The position numbers were made by a program, and so were the translations under genes. A DNA stretch of 61,518 nucleotides from Paramecium tetraurelia (taxonomy: Eukaryota), in assembly GCA_000165425.1 (NCBI GenBank), contig CT868096.1:888601-950118 (forward strand). The letters run 5' to 3'. Position 1 is the stretch's first letter. Each line of letters begins with the position of its first letter. The notes under the pieces were generated by a model, which worked only from the letters and a program-made list of their open reading frames with translations, was not told the DNA's origin and did not search any database. This document shows positions 39,501 to 52,102 of the stretch, one piece after another.

Positions 39501-40925
39501 ATAATATGATTCATTGAATAATAATAAATAAGATTAAATAGAAAAGATTAAATAAAATAATTCTCTAGAAAAATAGAAACTCACTGAGTAAATCAATGAA
39601 TTAAAAAAATAACTAGAAGATGCATAAGATGAAAATATTAAAATGAAAGTTGAATATGAAAAGCAGTTGGCTTTAATAACCTAAGAAAATGAATTCAATT
39701 CACACAAAGTAGAATAACTATAAACTCAATTATAAAACTATCAACAAAAAAACTTTACATAGTTAATTAAAATTGAAAGCAATGTTGCTTAATTAACTCT
39801 TGAAACTGACCTTAAAGAATAGCAATAGAAGTATGAAAAGTTAAGACAATAATATAAAGAATAAGAAATAAACAATAATAAAATAGTAGTTGACTTATAA
39901 CAATAAGTTGAATAATTAAAAACATAATTATAAGAGGAATAAAATAATTAACAATAGAAAAACGTAAACCTTCCGACCCCTTAAAATATTGTGTCATCGA
40001 ACACTTAAGTAATTAACTAATTGAAGCAATAAAATGAAAAATTGTAAAGTGAACTGTAGGAATTTAAATCCTTACATGAACGAGATACCTTACTTTGGGA
40101 AGGTAAATTCAAATTCTTGTAGTAATAAAAGGATTAATCAAAATAAGATTTACAAGAGGCCATGAAAAAGTTTGAATTCACTATTAATCATCTCTAAAAA
40201 GCCAGATAATAAGATTTAGAGGAAGAGAGTAACTCTATCTCTGAAATGTTAGTAACTTTAGAAAAGAAGTATTAGTTGTAAGTTTTAGATCTTACGGAGC
40301 ATCATTAAGCAATTGTTAATGAATATGCTATGAAGATTGAATAGTTACAAAAAGAAATAACATTAAACAATATGTCAAATTAAAATTATCATAAGGGTGA
40401 TTATAGTGATATCTCTTCACTCTACGAAAATCAAATTGAATAAATAAAATTGTAATATGAAACCAAAATTGAAGAGTTATACTTAAATCATACTGAAGAG
40501 AGGTAGATTTGGAGAGCCAAGCTGAGTGAAGCTGAAGAAAAATTAAAGGAAGCTGAAATCAGAAGATCTAATATGGTGTTTGAGCATGAGAAAGAAAGGG
40601 CAAAATGGAATATTGAGAAGGATGAATTGAAATATCAGAAAAGTGATTTGCAAGAATAATGTTAGAATTTAGAATAACAAAAGAATAAGTCTGATAAAAA
40701 GAATAAGAAGGTTGGTACTATAAGAACAAGATTAAGTCCGAATAAATCTCCTGGTAGTTGTTTATTAATATTATAGGAACATTTTCTAATGCTTCTAAAT
40801 TAGGACAGTCCTTTGATACCTTCTAATAAGCGAGTATGGAACTACCAGAAGAAAACAAATCGATTCATTTGAATCCTGGGGAATCATTCGAAGCCTATTA
40901 TTTAGCATAAAAAAAGTTTGATTGA
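36550..40925 (+). CDS. Guanylate-binding-protein-like GTPase with very long coiled-coil tail
   Basis: G1 GSQKSGKS, G2 STKG, G3 IDTEGLG, LLSSVVIY, G4 FIWVLRD, LNGPLL; then >1000 aa of Gln/Glu/Lys-rich coiled coil. Confidence 0.9.
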
Positions 40926-40948
40926 TAATTAATATAAATTTATTATTA

Positions 40949-41842
40949 ATGTTATTTGCTAAACAACAAGATTATAACCCTATTGAACAATATTAACCAA
41001 CCTCATTTAGTTATGGTTCAGGCATTTATACACCATAAAAACCTAAGATTGCTTACAATAATGGCATTATTAATTAACAACCAAGAACCAGAGCTGAGAG
41101 AGTACGTTAATCAATTATCTTAGGAATATCAAAAGGAAATAGAAATCAAATCTGCAGGACCGAGAATACAACAGAACTGTAACCAATAAAATTATAATCT
41201 AGATTCACAGAAAGACGATATGAAAAGTCTTTTGCATAGTCCAATGCCTGATACGACTCTTTTTCAGGCAGGTATGTTTATTATATGAAAAAAACAGAAC
41301 GAGATAGATTTGCAAAAGACTTCGCAGCCGAAGATAAAAAGCAAAGAGAAATGTAATACAAGCTAAAATAATTATCTTATGAATCAAGGAGATTAGCAAA
41401 TCTATAAAGGGATGGTGTACTATGGTAGCGAAATGAAGAATATTTGCTTAAAGTAGATTATCGAATTAAAATAGGACGAATAACGAAGACAGTATCATTC
41501 TGAACAATTTACAAGAGGTAAAAGGAATACAAATGGATTGGCTTATAACCCTATCACTTTGGAGTATGCCTAAAATGAGGCTGGTCAAGCATTAAGACGA
41601 TATGACGAATTGCATCAAGTGAGAAAATTTGTAAGGGCCAAAAATTTAGACACAAGAGCTAATTGTGGTTTCAACGTATTAAGTGGTAATTTACTTAACA
41701 AATAATAATAGGTTAGGAGAGATAGGGTGTTGATTAAATAGTTCCAGATGAACTAAGGCCCGACTATTAATTAAGGGTCAGAGATTTATAAAATTAATTA
41801 AATTTAAAGCATTATGCCCTCTAATAATAAATATTTTAATGA
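40949..41842 (+). CDS. Hypothetical protein (YNPITLEY...GFNVLSG motifs, possibly ciliary)
   Basis: ATG 40949, tiny introns, GLAYNPITLEYAQNEAGQALRRYD...ANCGFNVLSG, TGA 41840-41842. Confidence 0.75.
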
Positions 41843-42365
41843 AAATATATTATTTATTTATTATCTAATGTAATTTTAATTTTTAATTATTACTGTATTT
41901 ATAATGTATACACTTCATATGTTGACATAATAACATTGATTTCAATATGCTTATTGATAAAAATTAAAGACTTAGAAGTAATAATATCTTCTAGTTTAGT
42001 ATAATCTACCCTAAGATGGATCATGCGAATAGCAAATTGAAATAATTTAGACATTAATTTACTTTTAAGATGTTTAATTTTTAATAAAATTTATTGTGAA
42101 AATTTAGTTTCTATTCATTTTCTATCTTTTCATTATGTAAAAGAGCATGATTAATGGAGAGTTATATAATATAAACATTATTTCTAATTATTTAAATAAA
42201 CATTAACAAATCGTATAACTATATTATTAAAGTTAAGATTATCATTACTTAAACCAAACCTTTAACTATACTATTGATATTGAATATTATTCATTAAAGA
42301 AATTGCTTGGATCTTATTTCAAATTAGAGCTTTCTTATATAATTATTGTTATATTAATTAATAAA

Positions 42366-45300
42366 ATGGAGTAATTGCAGGAAGGAGATTACGTAACAAT
42401 ATTGAAAGATCCTATTAAAAATGAAAAAGGATATATCAGATATTTAGGGGAATTGGAAGGTAGACCAGGCACATTTTATGGAATCCATTTGGATGTAATT
42501 TGAATTAATTAAACACCAGAATAAAGTTGGGTCTCATAATGGTACATTGTAAGGGAAGGAATACTTTACTTGTCCTGAAGGTCATGGCCTATTCATCACA
42601 GGGAATCATTTAAAAAAGACAACTATGGTCACAAGAGATCCAAATAAGTATAATTATTAGTGATATTTCAGAAAATCTACAAAAGTAACAAAAGATGAAC
42701 CTAAGCCACAAAAGTTAAAGACGAGTGCTAGTTCAGCTGCAGTTGTTTAAAAAGCATAGCCTCAATAACAAAGTTAATATGGAAGCAACCAAACTACAAA
42801 GTAAACCACTCTGAAAAGAAATGAATCCAAGAAAGAAACAGTAGTGAAACGACTTGTTGAAGAATAAATTGAAGAGAGACTGTCCACTTTAGAAGCAGAA
42901 GAAGTCCAAGAAGTATGAAATTGCGAATATGATATTTTAGCCACAACAACTAATTAAGTAATAATCAGAACCTGAGCCTTAGTTTTTAGATCATTAACAA
43001 GAATTAGAAAGTGTTAGATAATAATATCAAGCTTTAAAAATTGTTGCAAATGATTACAAGTTGGAAAATAAATCATTAAAAAAGAAAGTAGAATAATTAG
43101 AATAAGAATTAACTGAGAATTTGGAAGATTTGGATTCATATGAAAAATTAATAATGGAATGTGAATAATTAAAATCTGATAAAGACATTATGACTTTAAA
43201 ATTGCAGGAATTTGAGGCAGCAAATTAATCATTATAATAATAAGTAAGTTAATTGCAATTTGAAAAAGAATTAGCAGATCTGGAAATTGAAGAAGCATTG
43301 GTCACTTGTGGAGCCAATCTTTAAGTAGGCAATCAAGATTCTAGTGAGGTTGTGCTTAAAAATGCTCAATTACAAAAGGCTCTGGCTTAATTAAAATAAG
43401 AATATGATGAATACAAACAATAAAAAATAACCGAAATTTAATAATACTAAATTAGATTAGAGGCCATTCCATCATTAAATGAAAAGGCTATGAGATGTGC
43501 TAAATTGGAAAGTTAAGTGAAGAAGTTGACTGAAGAAAATTAAGAACTGTGCCAAAGAGTTGATGAAAGTTAAGCTTTGCAAGAAATGATTGAGAAAATG
43601 ACAGAAACTTTAATGAAGAAGGATGATCTTATTGAAGAATTAAGAAATTAAATTAAAACAATTAATGAAGAGAAGAAATTGGATTAAGAATTGATATCAA
43701 CTTTATTGGATGAAAGCAATTCATTGGAAAAATCATTAAATGATATGCAATTTAAACTAGATTAAGCTAATGCTTAGATTAATAACAATGCAAATGACTT
43801 ATAAGAGAAGGATTTATAAATACAAAGACTTAAAGTAAAGGTAGCTTAATTGAATAAATAAGTTGACCAATAAAGGCTAGAGGAGGATAATACTCAAAAT
43901 GAGCATCCAAAAAAGACATTCTTAGATGAAATCAATATTAAGAATTAAGAATTGATATCATAATAAAGAGATACTTACAAAAAGTACATGAAAGTAGCAT
44001 TAAACAATATTGAAATAAGAAATCAAATAGCATTAAAGGGAATAATCATTTATAAATCATTACCATAAGATTATTGCACAAAACTAAAATTCAATCTATT
44101 AGAACCCGTGATTTTAGTAAGAAAATTAAGCGAGAAATCATTGCTAGTGGCTGATGAATTTTTATAATAATTAGAAAATTAGAGTGATAAATTCATAAAA
44201 GAGGAATTATAAGATTTAGGATTTTGGATGTTAAATGCTCATAAATCTCTTTATTAATTAAGTGATCTGTGTAATATATTCACTACATACCTATAAAATT
44301 AGACAGACAGAGAATCTTTAGAGAAAGTTGCTAGAAATGGAATTTTATTGAATTAATTCAAAATTGCTGATACCTTGGTTGATATGATAATCTAAAGTGT
44401 GCAAAATGAAAAAATCAGTACATAGCTATCCTTATCAGAATTGTAATTTGCAATTTAAAGAATTAACGACGATCTTAGCAATCTTGAAATTTAAGAAGGT
44501 GCAGTAATTGAATCTCTCTTGAATCAAATAATATTTAAATATAGCTATTCAATCTTTAATTTCAAAGTCATCATTAACTAATCAACTGCTACAACTCTAT
44601 AGCAGATAACTGTTGATTAGTTGATTGATACATTGATTTAAAGGTGTAAGGAGTTATCAAAATAATTACGTTATGGAAGATAATGTTGGGGAGGATACTT
44701 TAATAGAAAGAATGAGAAATTCTTAGAATTAATAAATTACTTATAACAATTATTGCAATAGGATTTGAATAAGCTAGAGTTAGATCAGTATTAATAGTAT
44801 ATTTCCTGTTAAGGAGAATCTGTTTCATAGCCATACAGAGATAGGTGTGTATCTATTGTTCATTTGTTGAATTAAATAAATCAACAATTTGAAGAGTAAA
44901 ATATTAATGAAGAATTTTTATCAAACAAACCAACCTTGCATTCATATGCATAAACATCTCTTTGGGCATAATGGTAGAAAGAATTAAAGTCTTAATTGTC
45001 TGATATTTCATATACTATTGAATCTGAAAAAAGATTGAAGGATGATTTGCAAAAATTGTAGTAGGAGAAAACTCAAATTTACTCTGATTGTGTGGCATTG
45101 CGTAAAAACAAGGAAGCATTAGAGAATAGAGTGGTTGATTTACAAATTAAGGCTGATAGAGTATAAGTTCTTGAGAATGAAAAACAAAGGCATTTAGAGA
45201 AGATTAAAGGATTTAACGAAGCTTCAGAATTGACAAGGAAAGAGATTGATAATTTAGAAAATAAATTGAAAGAGAGCGAAGATATTAGGAAGTAACTAGA

Positions 45301-45739
45301 AGAACAAATTAGTTTATACCAATAATAATAACCAAAGAACTCTTTTCTTGATTAACTTTAAGGTAGAAATTTTAGAAAGAGTGGAACGTTGTTGATCTAA
45401 TCATCCAACAATTTAGATTAGGAGAGCACTTTTAATCCATTTTAAGAATTAACTATGAATAAAGGAATTGAGGCTGTGTTATTGAAGGAGAATCAACAAC
45501 TAAAGTTATACAAGTTGAGAGATGAAATACTCTCAATAACATCATCTAATGAAAAACCTTAGATTGAAGAAAAATTGTTATAAATAAGAAAATTAAAAAT
45601 GAAATAATTAAAAAGTATGGCTTTGAATGAAAAGTTTGATGCTAGAAACTAAGCAGCAAAATTCTATGTGAAATAAAATGGAATGAAACTTACAAATACA
45701 GTCTTGATGGATACTTTGTAGGCTATTATAGCAGTTTGA
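42366..45739 (+). CDS. DCTN1: CAP-Gly coiled-coil protein, dynactin p150Glued-like
   Basis: CAP-Gly GYIRYLG...[31 protein letters not shown]; p150-like KNAQLQKALAQLK and ELCQRVDESQALQEMIEKMTE segments. Confidence 0.8.
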
Positions 45740-45791
45740 AAAATATGAGTTAAAATAAAATATAATAATATATAAAAATTGATAATAATCT

Positions 45792-46091
45792 TCAATTATC
45801 GGTTCTTTTTAAAATAGATCTTTTCCTTTATGAATTTTATTCAGTTTCTTGGTTAATACAAGGATTGAGCCATCCTATATTTGAGAGCCCTTTACATTTT
45901 AAAACTTATCGTTTGATGTAGGTTACTTCTGTATTTGGATGATAATTAAGTACAATAAGTAGTTCGTTAAATTTAATCTCCTTACAACTTCTCTCGAGAA
46001 TCATGGGCTCCTCTTCATCCACTGCAGACTTTTAGAGAAGATTCAAAGGTGTAGGTTTTGAAATTTTTGATAATGGTGAAAAGGAATTCAT
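45792..46091 (-). CDS. Small 99-aa protein with RVxF-like and SILK motifs
   Basis: Intronless ATG-TGA frame MNSFSPLSKISKPTPL...KEIKFNELLIVLNY...KRSILKRTDN*. Confidence 0.65.
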
Positions 46092-46264
46092 TAAAAATAC
46101 AATTTATTATAATCTCTAATTAAGATATGGATTTGAAGTTTATATTATGAATAAAATTCTAAATAATTCGTGATAATTCGAAAAATTTAACAAATCATTA
46201 TGATAAGATATTTGTAATTCAAATTTGAGTATTTATTTGTTAATAAATTATTTAATATATTAAA

Positions 46265-46756
46265 ATGAATTAACATAATAAAGTATAAGAATATGAAAAA
46301 GTTCTTGATTTACTTGATCACTTTTTAAAAAAATACTAAAATTTAGGTAGGAACGCCATAGAAACTTCAATTGTCAGTCTCCTCAAAAATAATGTGACTG
46401 GGTTATTCTTTGTTGGCTTCTATCAAGTAATTGATGGTATACTCATTGATTCGATATTAGATAATCATCTTGAAGTCGGACCATATTAAAGTACTATATT
46501 GGCAACACCAAGAATAGAGAAGGGCAAAGGATAATGTGGGTAATGTTGGGCAGAAGGAAAAGTCTAGATTCAAGAAGATGTGAAGGTCTGTTAGAACTAC
46601 ATAGCTTGCGACAATGAGACATAAAGTGAGATTGTTATTCCAGTAATAAAGAATGGAGTTGTGTTAAGTGTTTTAGATATTGATTCAGAACATTTGTCCC
46701 GATTTGATGAAGTCGATTCTAAGTATTTATAAAGAATAGTTGAGTATTTAATTTGA
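46265..46756 (+). CDS. GAF-domain free methionine-R-sulfoxide reductase (fRMsr/MsrC-like)
   Basis: FVGFY, LEVGPYQ, GKGQCG, YIACDNETQSEIVIP, VLDIDS...FDEVD; one intron. Confidence 0.9.
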
Positions 46757-46779
46757 TAAACTATTAATAAATGACACTT

Positions 46780-47970
46780 TCCTTTGAATTATTGAATTTG
46801 AGATTAACGTTTATGAGATATGATTTCAAGCCATTTGACTTTGGTTATGAGACTCTATGCTCTTGGTGGAGTACATTCAATAAAGAAGCTTCTGTAGAAA
46901 ACATCCATGACTAGAACAAATCAATAAAGCTACTTTTTAAGGAGCTAAGTGTATATTTAGTTTTGATGTAGTTTATAATGATGAACTATATAATATAAAT
47001 CAACATGTAAGATTAATTTTTAATGGATTAGTGTTTTTCATTCATTATTATATACTATAATGAGAGTAGAATAAATACTCTATTTACCTTATCAATTCTT
47101 TATTTATATCCTAAAAAGTGGTTACATAAAGAATAATAATGTTAAGTCTTCAATTAATGAAATTAAATCCATAATTGATAATAGTCTAAAGTATGGGTAA
47201 GGATTTCCTCAGAGTTGTTAATTTCTAATGATATAGCAATGCGATAGATGGCAGAATTAATCATATCTGCTGCCCTAAAAAGATGTAAATAATATAAATA
47301 ATTTTAAGATAGTGGATTCATCTTCATAATATTTATCATTCTAATTGTTTTAAGTTGAAACTATGAATGTTATATTGTTACAAGACTGTTCCATAAATAT
47401 ATTAGTATTAAGTTGTCAATGAATCCAAGTTGGTAGAATCTTCCAAAAATTAAAGAAGGTATTAATAAATATTAAAATGAACTCTTGGATATAAAAAATA
47501 AGAACAAATCAGTTTTATTTTTTTGTACCTGATTTCATAAGGTTATAAGGTAATTCACAATATTCATCATTATATTCATAATGATTAAAATTAATCTCGT
47601 TTTTTTGTACATAGTGTTTATGTAATGATGAATAGACTCTAAGAGGAATGCTGAAATACAAATAAGCTGTTTATGAGATGCATTTTTATTTGTAACTAGT
47701 GTTATTCCACCTTCGTTACTTATGATTTTATCAATTCAAGTAACCTAAATACATCTTTATTATGGCAACTAAGTTCAATTGTACAAATCAATTCAGAATT
47801 AATTTGGCTGAAAAAGTTAAGTTTTACCTTTGCAATGGTCTATACATTACAGGATATTATCTAAACCCAGAAAATTGTAGGTTGATAAAGTTTGTTGAAT
47901 GCATATTTATTATGTGCTTTGCAAATTCAAACTTGAAAATGATTATATTGAGAATTAGCCATTATTTTCT
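46780..47970 (-). pseudogene. Degenerate or poorly resolved coding region
   Basis: Coding-like minus-strand blocks (AADMINSAIYRIAISLEINNSEEILTHTLDYYQLW; MDVFYRSFFIECTPPRAQ) with intron-like elements; no clean model assembled. Confidence 0.3.
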
Positions 47971-48113
47971 TTGAATCATAAAGGACTTTATCTAAAATAC
48001 AAATTTTTTCTATCTTTTTTATTTTGTATTATTTTTTATATACAAAATATAATACTTTTTATTTTTTACTTTCGGATAGAGAATTATAAAAAAGAATTAA
48101 GTTTATTTAATTA

Positions 48114-49038
48114 ATGGATAATTTAGCTCAGCTTGAAGACTTAAACAGTTCTTCAACAACTAATTAATTGGATAAGAATACACCAAATACTGCTATGAGT
48201 ACTGTATTTGGAAACGAATTGGTTCGCACATATGCAAGTCCTAAAGTACAACCTTTAAGTGGAAAAACATTTAAAATTGGAGTAAAGTTTCTATTTATTT
48301 TTTAAAGATATGTGGTGGCCACTCCTCAGGAAAAGCATTATTAACAGAAAAGCTTTAGACTGAACTTCAATAATAAGGGTTTTTGGTTAGTGTGGTAAAA
48401 TAGGATAATTTTGATGTTGACAGTGATGACTTCGATCATTAGTATATATATGGATGATGATCTAAGCAAGCAAAATTCTGATAGTCTAAATAATGTCCCC
48501 TATGTTAATAATTAAGATTATTAAAAATTTTTAGTATAATCTATGCTTATGTATAGTCAACTGCCATCAACACTCTATTGACCACTAAGGATAAGAATGT
48601 CATTATAATTGAAGGAACTTTGATCTTGTATGATAGACAATTGAGAGATTTACTAGATCTAAAAATATTCTTACATCATGATTAAGATGTGAGATTATCA
48701 AGAAAAAGTATTTGATTTATTTAGTTTTAGTTTACAAGGAAGTCTGCGCCAAAGGCAAAGATGTGGAGAAAGTCATTCATAATTATTTAAATAGATTAAA
48801 GCCACTTTTTGATTCTATTATAAAGCCCACAGAATAATATGCCGATATTATTATTCCAAAATTCGGAGGAGAATTCTCCTTAAAATCACAAGAATACTTA
48901 GGTGCAACATAGATGCAAGCTGGCTTTGATAATGTTAATCCAAATATAATGGATTTACTTGTAAAGATCGCAAAGGCCTAAATTTTAGGAAGTGATAAAG
49001 TTGAAAAACCTGAAAAAGCCTCAACACCCACAAAATGA
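48114..49038 (+). CDS. Uridine-cytidine kinase-like protein (divergent)
   Basis: KIGICGGHSSGKA, VKQDNF, IIIEGTLILYDRQLRDLLDLKIFL, DVRLSRK, IKPTEQYADIIIP; four tiny introns. Confidence 0.85.
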
Positions 49039-49143
49039 TTTACATATATATTATTTATAAATATCAATTTGGTCTTCTAACTCATTTTAAAACTTGTTGC
49101 AAAAAGGATAGAAGTGATTATTTCTTTAGAAATTAAATAATAA

Positions 49144-49697
49144 ATGATAAAAAATTATTATAAACAGTCTAGACAATAATCGTATGTATCATAGCAAAAA
49201 AGAGGTTGTGAATTTCATTGTAACTCTAAATACCAATCAAAATCTATTACTCCTAATAAATTGAGGGTTCAATAAAAATAATCTAATTAAAACCTTAAAT
49301 CGAAATTCAGAATCCCCAAAGGAGAGCAAAAGTATTTTCAGGAGTGCTTTCCAGAAGAATATACTATATTTTCCATAAATAATGATATCTATTTTGAAAA
49401 GGATATTATTAAATGCTAGTAAAAGGATTCGCAACTTAATACAACTTTAGAAGGTTCATCAGATGAGGATCCAACTCAGCTTTAAGATTTCACTCTTTAG
49501 GCATCATTCAATCCTTTACAATACACTTAACATTAACATAGCTCTAGGTTTGTTTATTCGAATAGAGAGAGAATTTTCGAGGAGAGAAGAACTTCATTAA
49601 GTATTTGACAGTGAAATATTTAGGTCCTATGTAAAGAAGTTTATATTTTAGAAACAATAGTTAGTTGCAAAGTAGCAAAAGGAAAATATTTGATTGA
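49144..49697 (+). CDS. Hypothetical protein
   Basis: ATG 49144 frame with one GTA..TAG intron to TGA 49695-49697. Confidence 0.6.
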
Positions 49698-49741
49698 ATA
49701 TTATTACATTACTAATACTGCAATTAGAATTGATAAGATTA

Positions 49742-50239
49742 TCATAATTATTTACATAGTATTTCAAATTATTAATATAGTTATTGCAATTGTGCATTTT
49801 AGCCTTATTCGAGTAAATACTTCTGAAGAATAAACATTTATTTCAATTGTTCTGCAATAGTTTTATATCTATTTTAATCTTCTTTAGACTGTGGTCTTGA
49901 ATAATTGGATAATTTTCTTGGAATCCTGAATCTACTTTAGGGAGGCTTGTGGATGATCGATGAATTGGTTTCTGTTTGTACTCTCTAATTAACGTTAAGG
50001 GAGACAAATTGATTTTCCTTATTATGTATTGTATCCATCAATTATTATGATTTTCCTCTTTTGTGAGATAGAGGCAAATCGTTTTAATTTTGAAATTGCA
50101 ATTATCTATTGGATTTTAAAATTTTATTAAAGGGTGGCAATTTAGAATCATGAGAGGATTTAGGAATATTTGTGAGAGGAAATTACTCTGATCCAAAAGT
50201 GAATGCTTAAGCTTTTTCTTGTATTCTATTTAAACTCAT
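49742..50239 (-). CDS. Hypothetical protein (165 aa)
   Basis: Intronless ATG-TGA frame MSLNRIQEKAQAFTFG...ILCKQL*. Confidence 0.6.
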
Positions 50240-50270
50240 TTGATTATATTTATTTATATATAAAATAATG

Positions 50271-50612
50271 TCATTTGGCTTTGCATTATTTAAATAATTT
50301 TTTAGCAATTCTTTTTCTAATTTTTACGATTTGAGATTTTGATTCTGATTGACATTAAGATTAACTCTTCTATTCAAACTTCAAATTTAAAGGAGCATTT
50401 CGTTTGTAAAGAACTTTAAACTTACACGTTTGTTAACGATTGGATTTGATTTCTGTATCACTAAAGGAGACTGGCTACAATGCTCTCATATTAGTAGGCT
50501 TAAACTAATTATTTTGATTTTCAAATTCATCTTCCAAAAATTTTGTTTTTTGTAGGCGTTATTAGAGAGATTCAACTTCTAATCTATCTTAATAGTAGTT
50601 ATCCTAATCCAT
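50271..50612 (-). CDS. Hypothetical protein (113 aa)
   Basis: Intronless ATG-TGA frame MDQDNYYQDRLEVESL...FKQCKAK*. Confidence 0.55.
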
Positions 50613-50654
50613 AATAATTTACCAAATTAATAAAAAAAATATTAAAAATTTACA

Positions 50655-51699
50655 TCATAAATTAAAATGATCACGATATCTTTTAACCATTTTCTTTATT
50701 TCATTTTTGCTTGCTTGCTTAGTCATCACGGGTTTTAATTTTAATTTCATGTTGCATTCAGAATACGTTGTAATCATAATTTTATTCTCCTCAATTTATT
50801 TTATTAGATTTCCACTTAACAATAACACTGCCCTAGTACATTGCTTGGCAGATAGTTCTCTAAATATTTAATATATCAATTATTTACTAAGGCTGGAAAT
50901 TATCCACTTAAATCGATTTCGAAATTTCAATACAGTCATCTCCCTTTCTATCTGAGTATTTAATGTATAAAAAGTCACGAGGATCCATGAACATAATTTT
51001 TTTGTATCTTAAATAATTGATCTATAAATTCATGTCCTCCAAATGTTTCTCAAATGCATCAATACTATTATCCATCGACTTCTGTAATTGCAGATCCTTC
51101 ATGAATTCTAAGTAGGAGTCGATAGTTGTGTTTAAAGTATATGTGTATTTCATAATGCCAATCTAATATTTTTCAGGAGTCTCAACATATTTAATCCAAA
51201 AATTAAAGTCCTGCTCCTCTTCCAACAATTCAAAACCTTCCATCTTATCAATCACACTATTTAAAGCCGCAACTGCCCTTTCTCCTATCTCCTTCATTTA
51301 TTCAGTTTATTAAAATGAGATATGAGGAATATCATCTATAAATTATCGAATCGACTCCTCATCGATTATCTACTCACAATCCTAAAAGTTTGCTTTATTT
51401 TCAAAGTCTTCTATTTTATTTTCATGATTCTAAATGAAAGAGTCTTCATGAGCTCCTAAATAAATTCCTACCGATATTTACTTAATTCAGCATTCATATT
51501 GCTTTCGATGTCTCTGTTCACGCTTTCCATCTAATAACCCTTTTCTGCATTTTCTACTCTTGTGTACTTGAAGATATTTAAACAACTAATCAGTAATTGT
51601 CTAATGCACGAATAAATTCTAAACATAGTAAAAATTAATGAATTACATAGTCATACAAGTATTTTTGAAACATGGACATCTTATAATAATTACAGACAT
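50655..51699 (-). CDS. START (StAR-related lipid transfer) domain protein
   Basis: YLRYKKIMFMDPRDFLYIK, IEISKSI, TRAVLLLSGNLIKQIEENKIMITTYSECNMK; start at 51699 (Cys-rich leader) or 51530. Confidence 0.8.
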
Positions 51700-52102
51700 C
51701 ACTAATTAAACCAACAGAACCTTGTTGAATAATTGCTTCAATTATATTTACTCAGGTAAGCCGCTATTTGAATTGTTCTTAAATAAGAAATTCTCATAAT
51801 AGCCATTCTGATATTCTCAAAATAAAATTCCATTTTCTTTTTTATTTCTTGATTCTCTATACGACAGATATCAATTTATTCATATAATAAGAGATTTAAA
51901 GCGTTTGAAGAACTACTTTTCATACCTTATAGTTTTAATTATTTCAATACTTAGTTAGAAAAATGAGTAATCAATCGACAGAAATTAAGAAGTACTTTAA
52001 AATTACAAAGCTTCATATGAAATAGAATATTTGTTATAATAAAAATTAAACATTATCACATATCTTGTAAATTGATATATCTAAATTAAATCATTAGATT
52101 TC

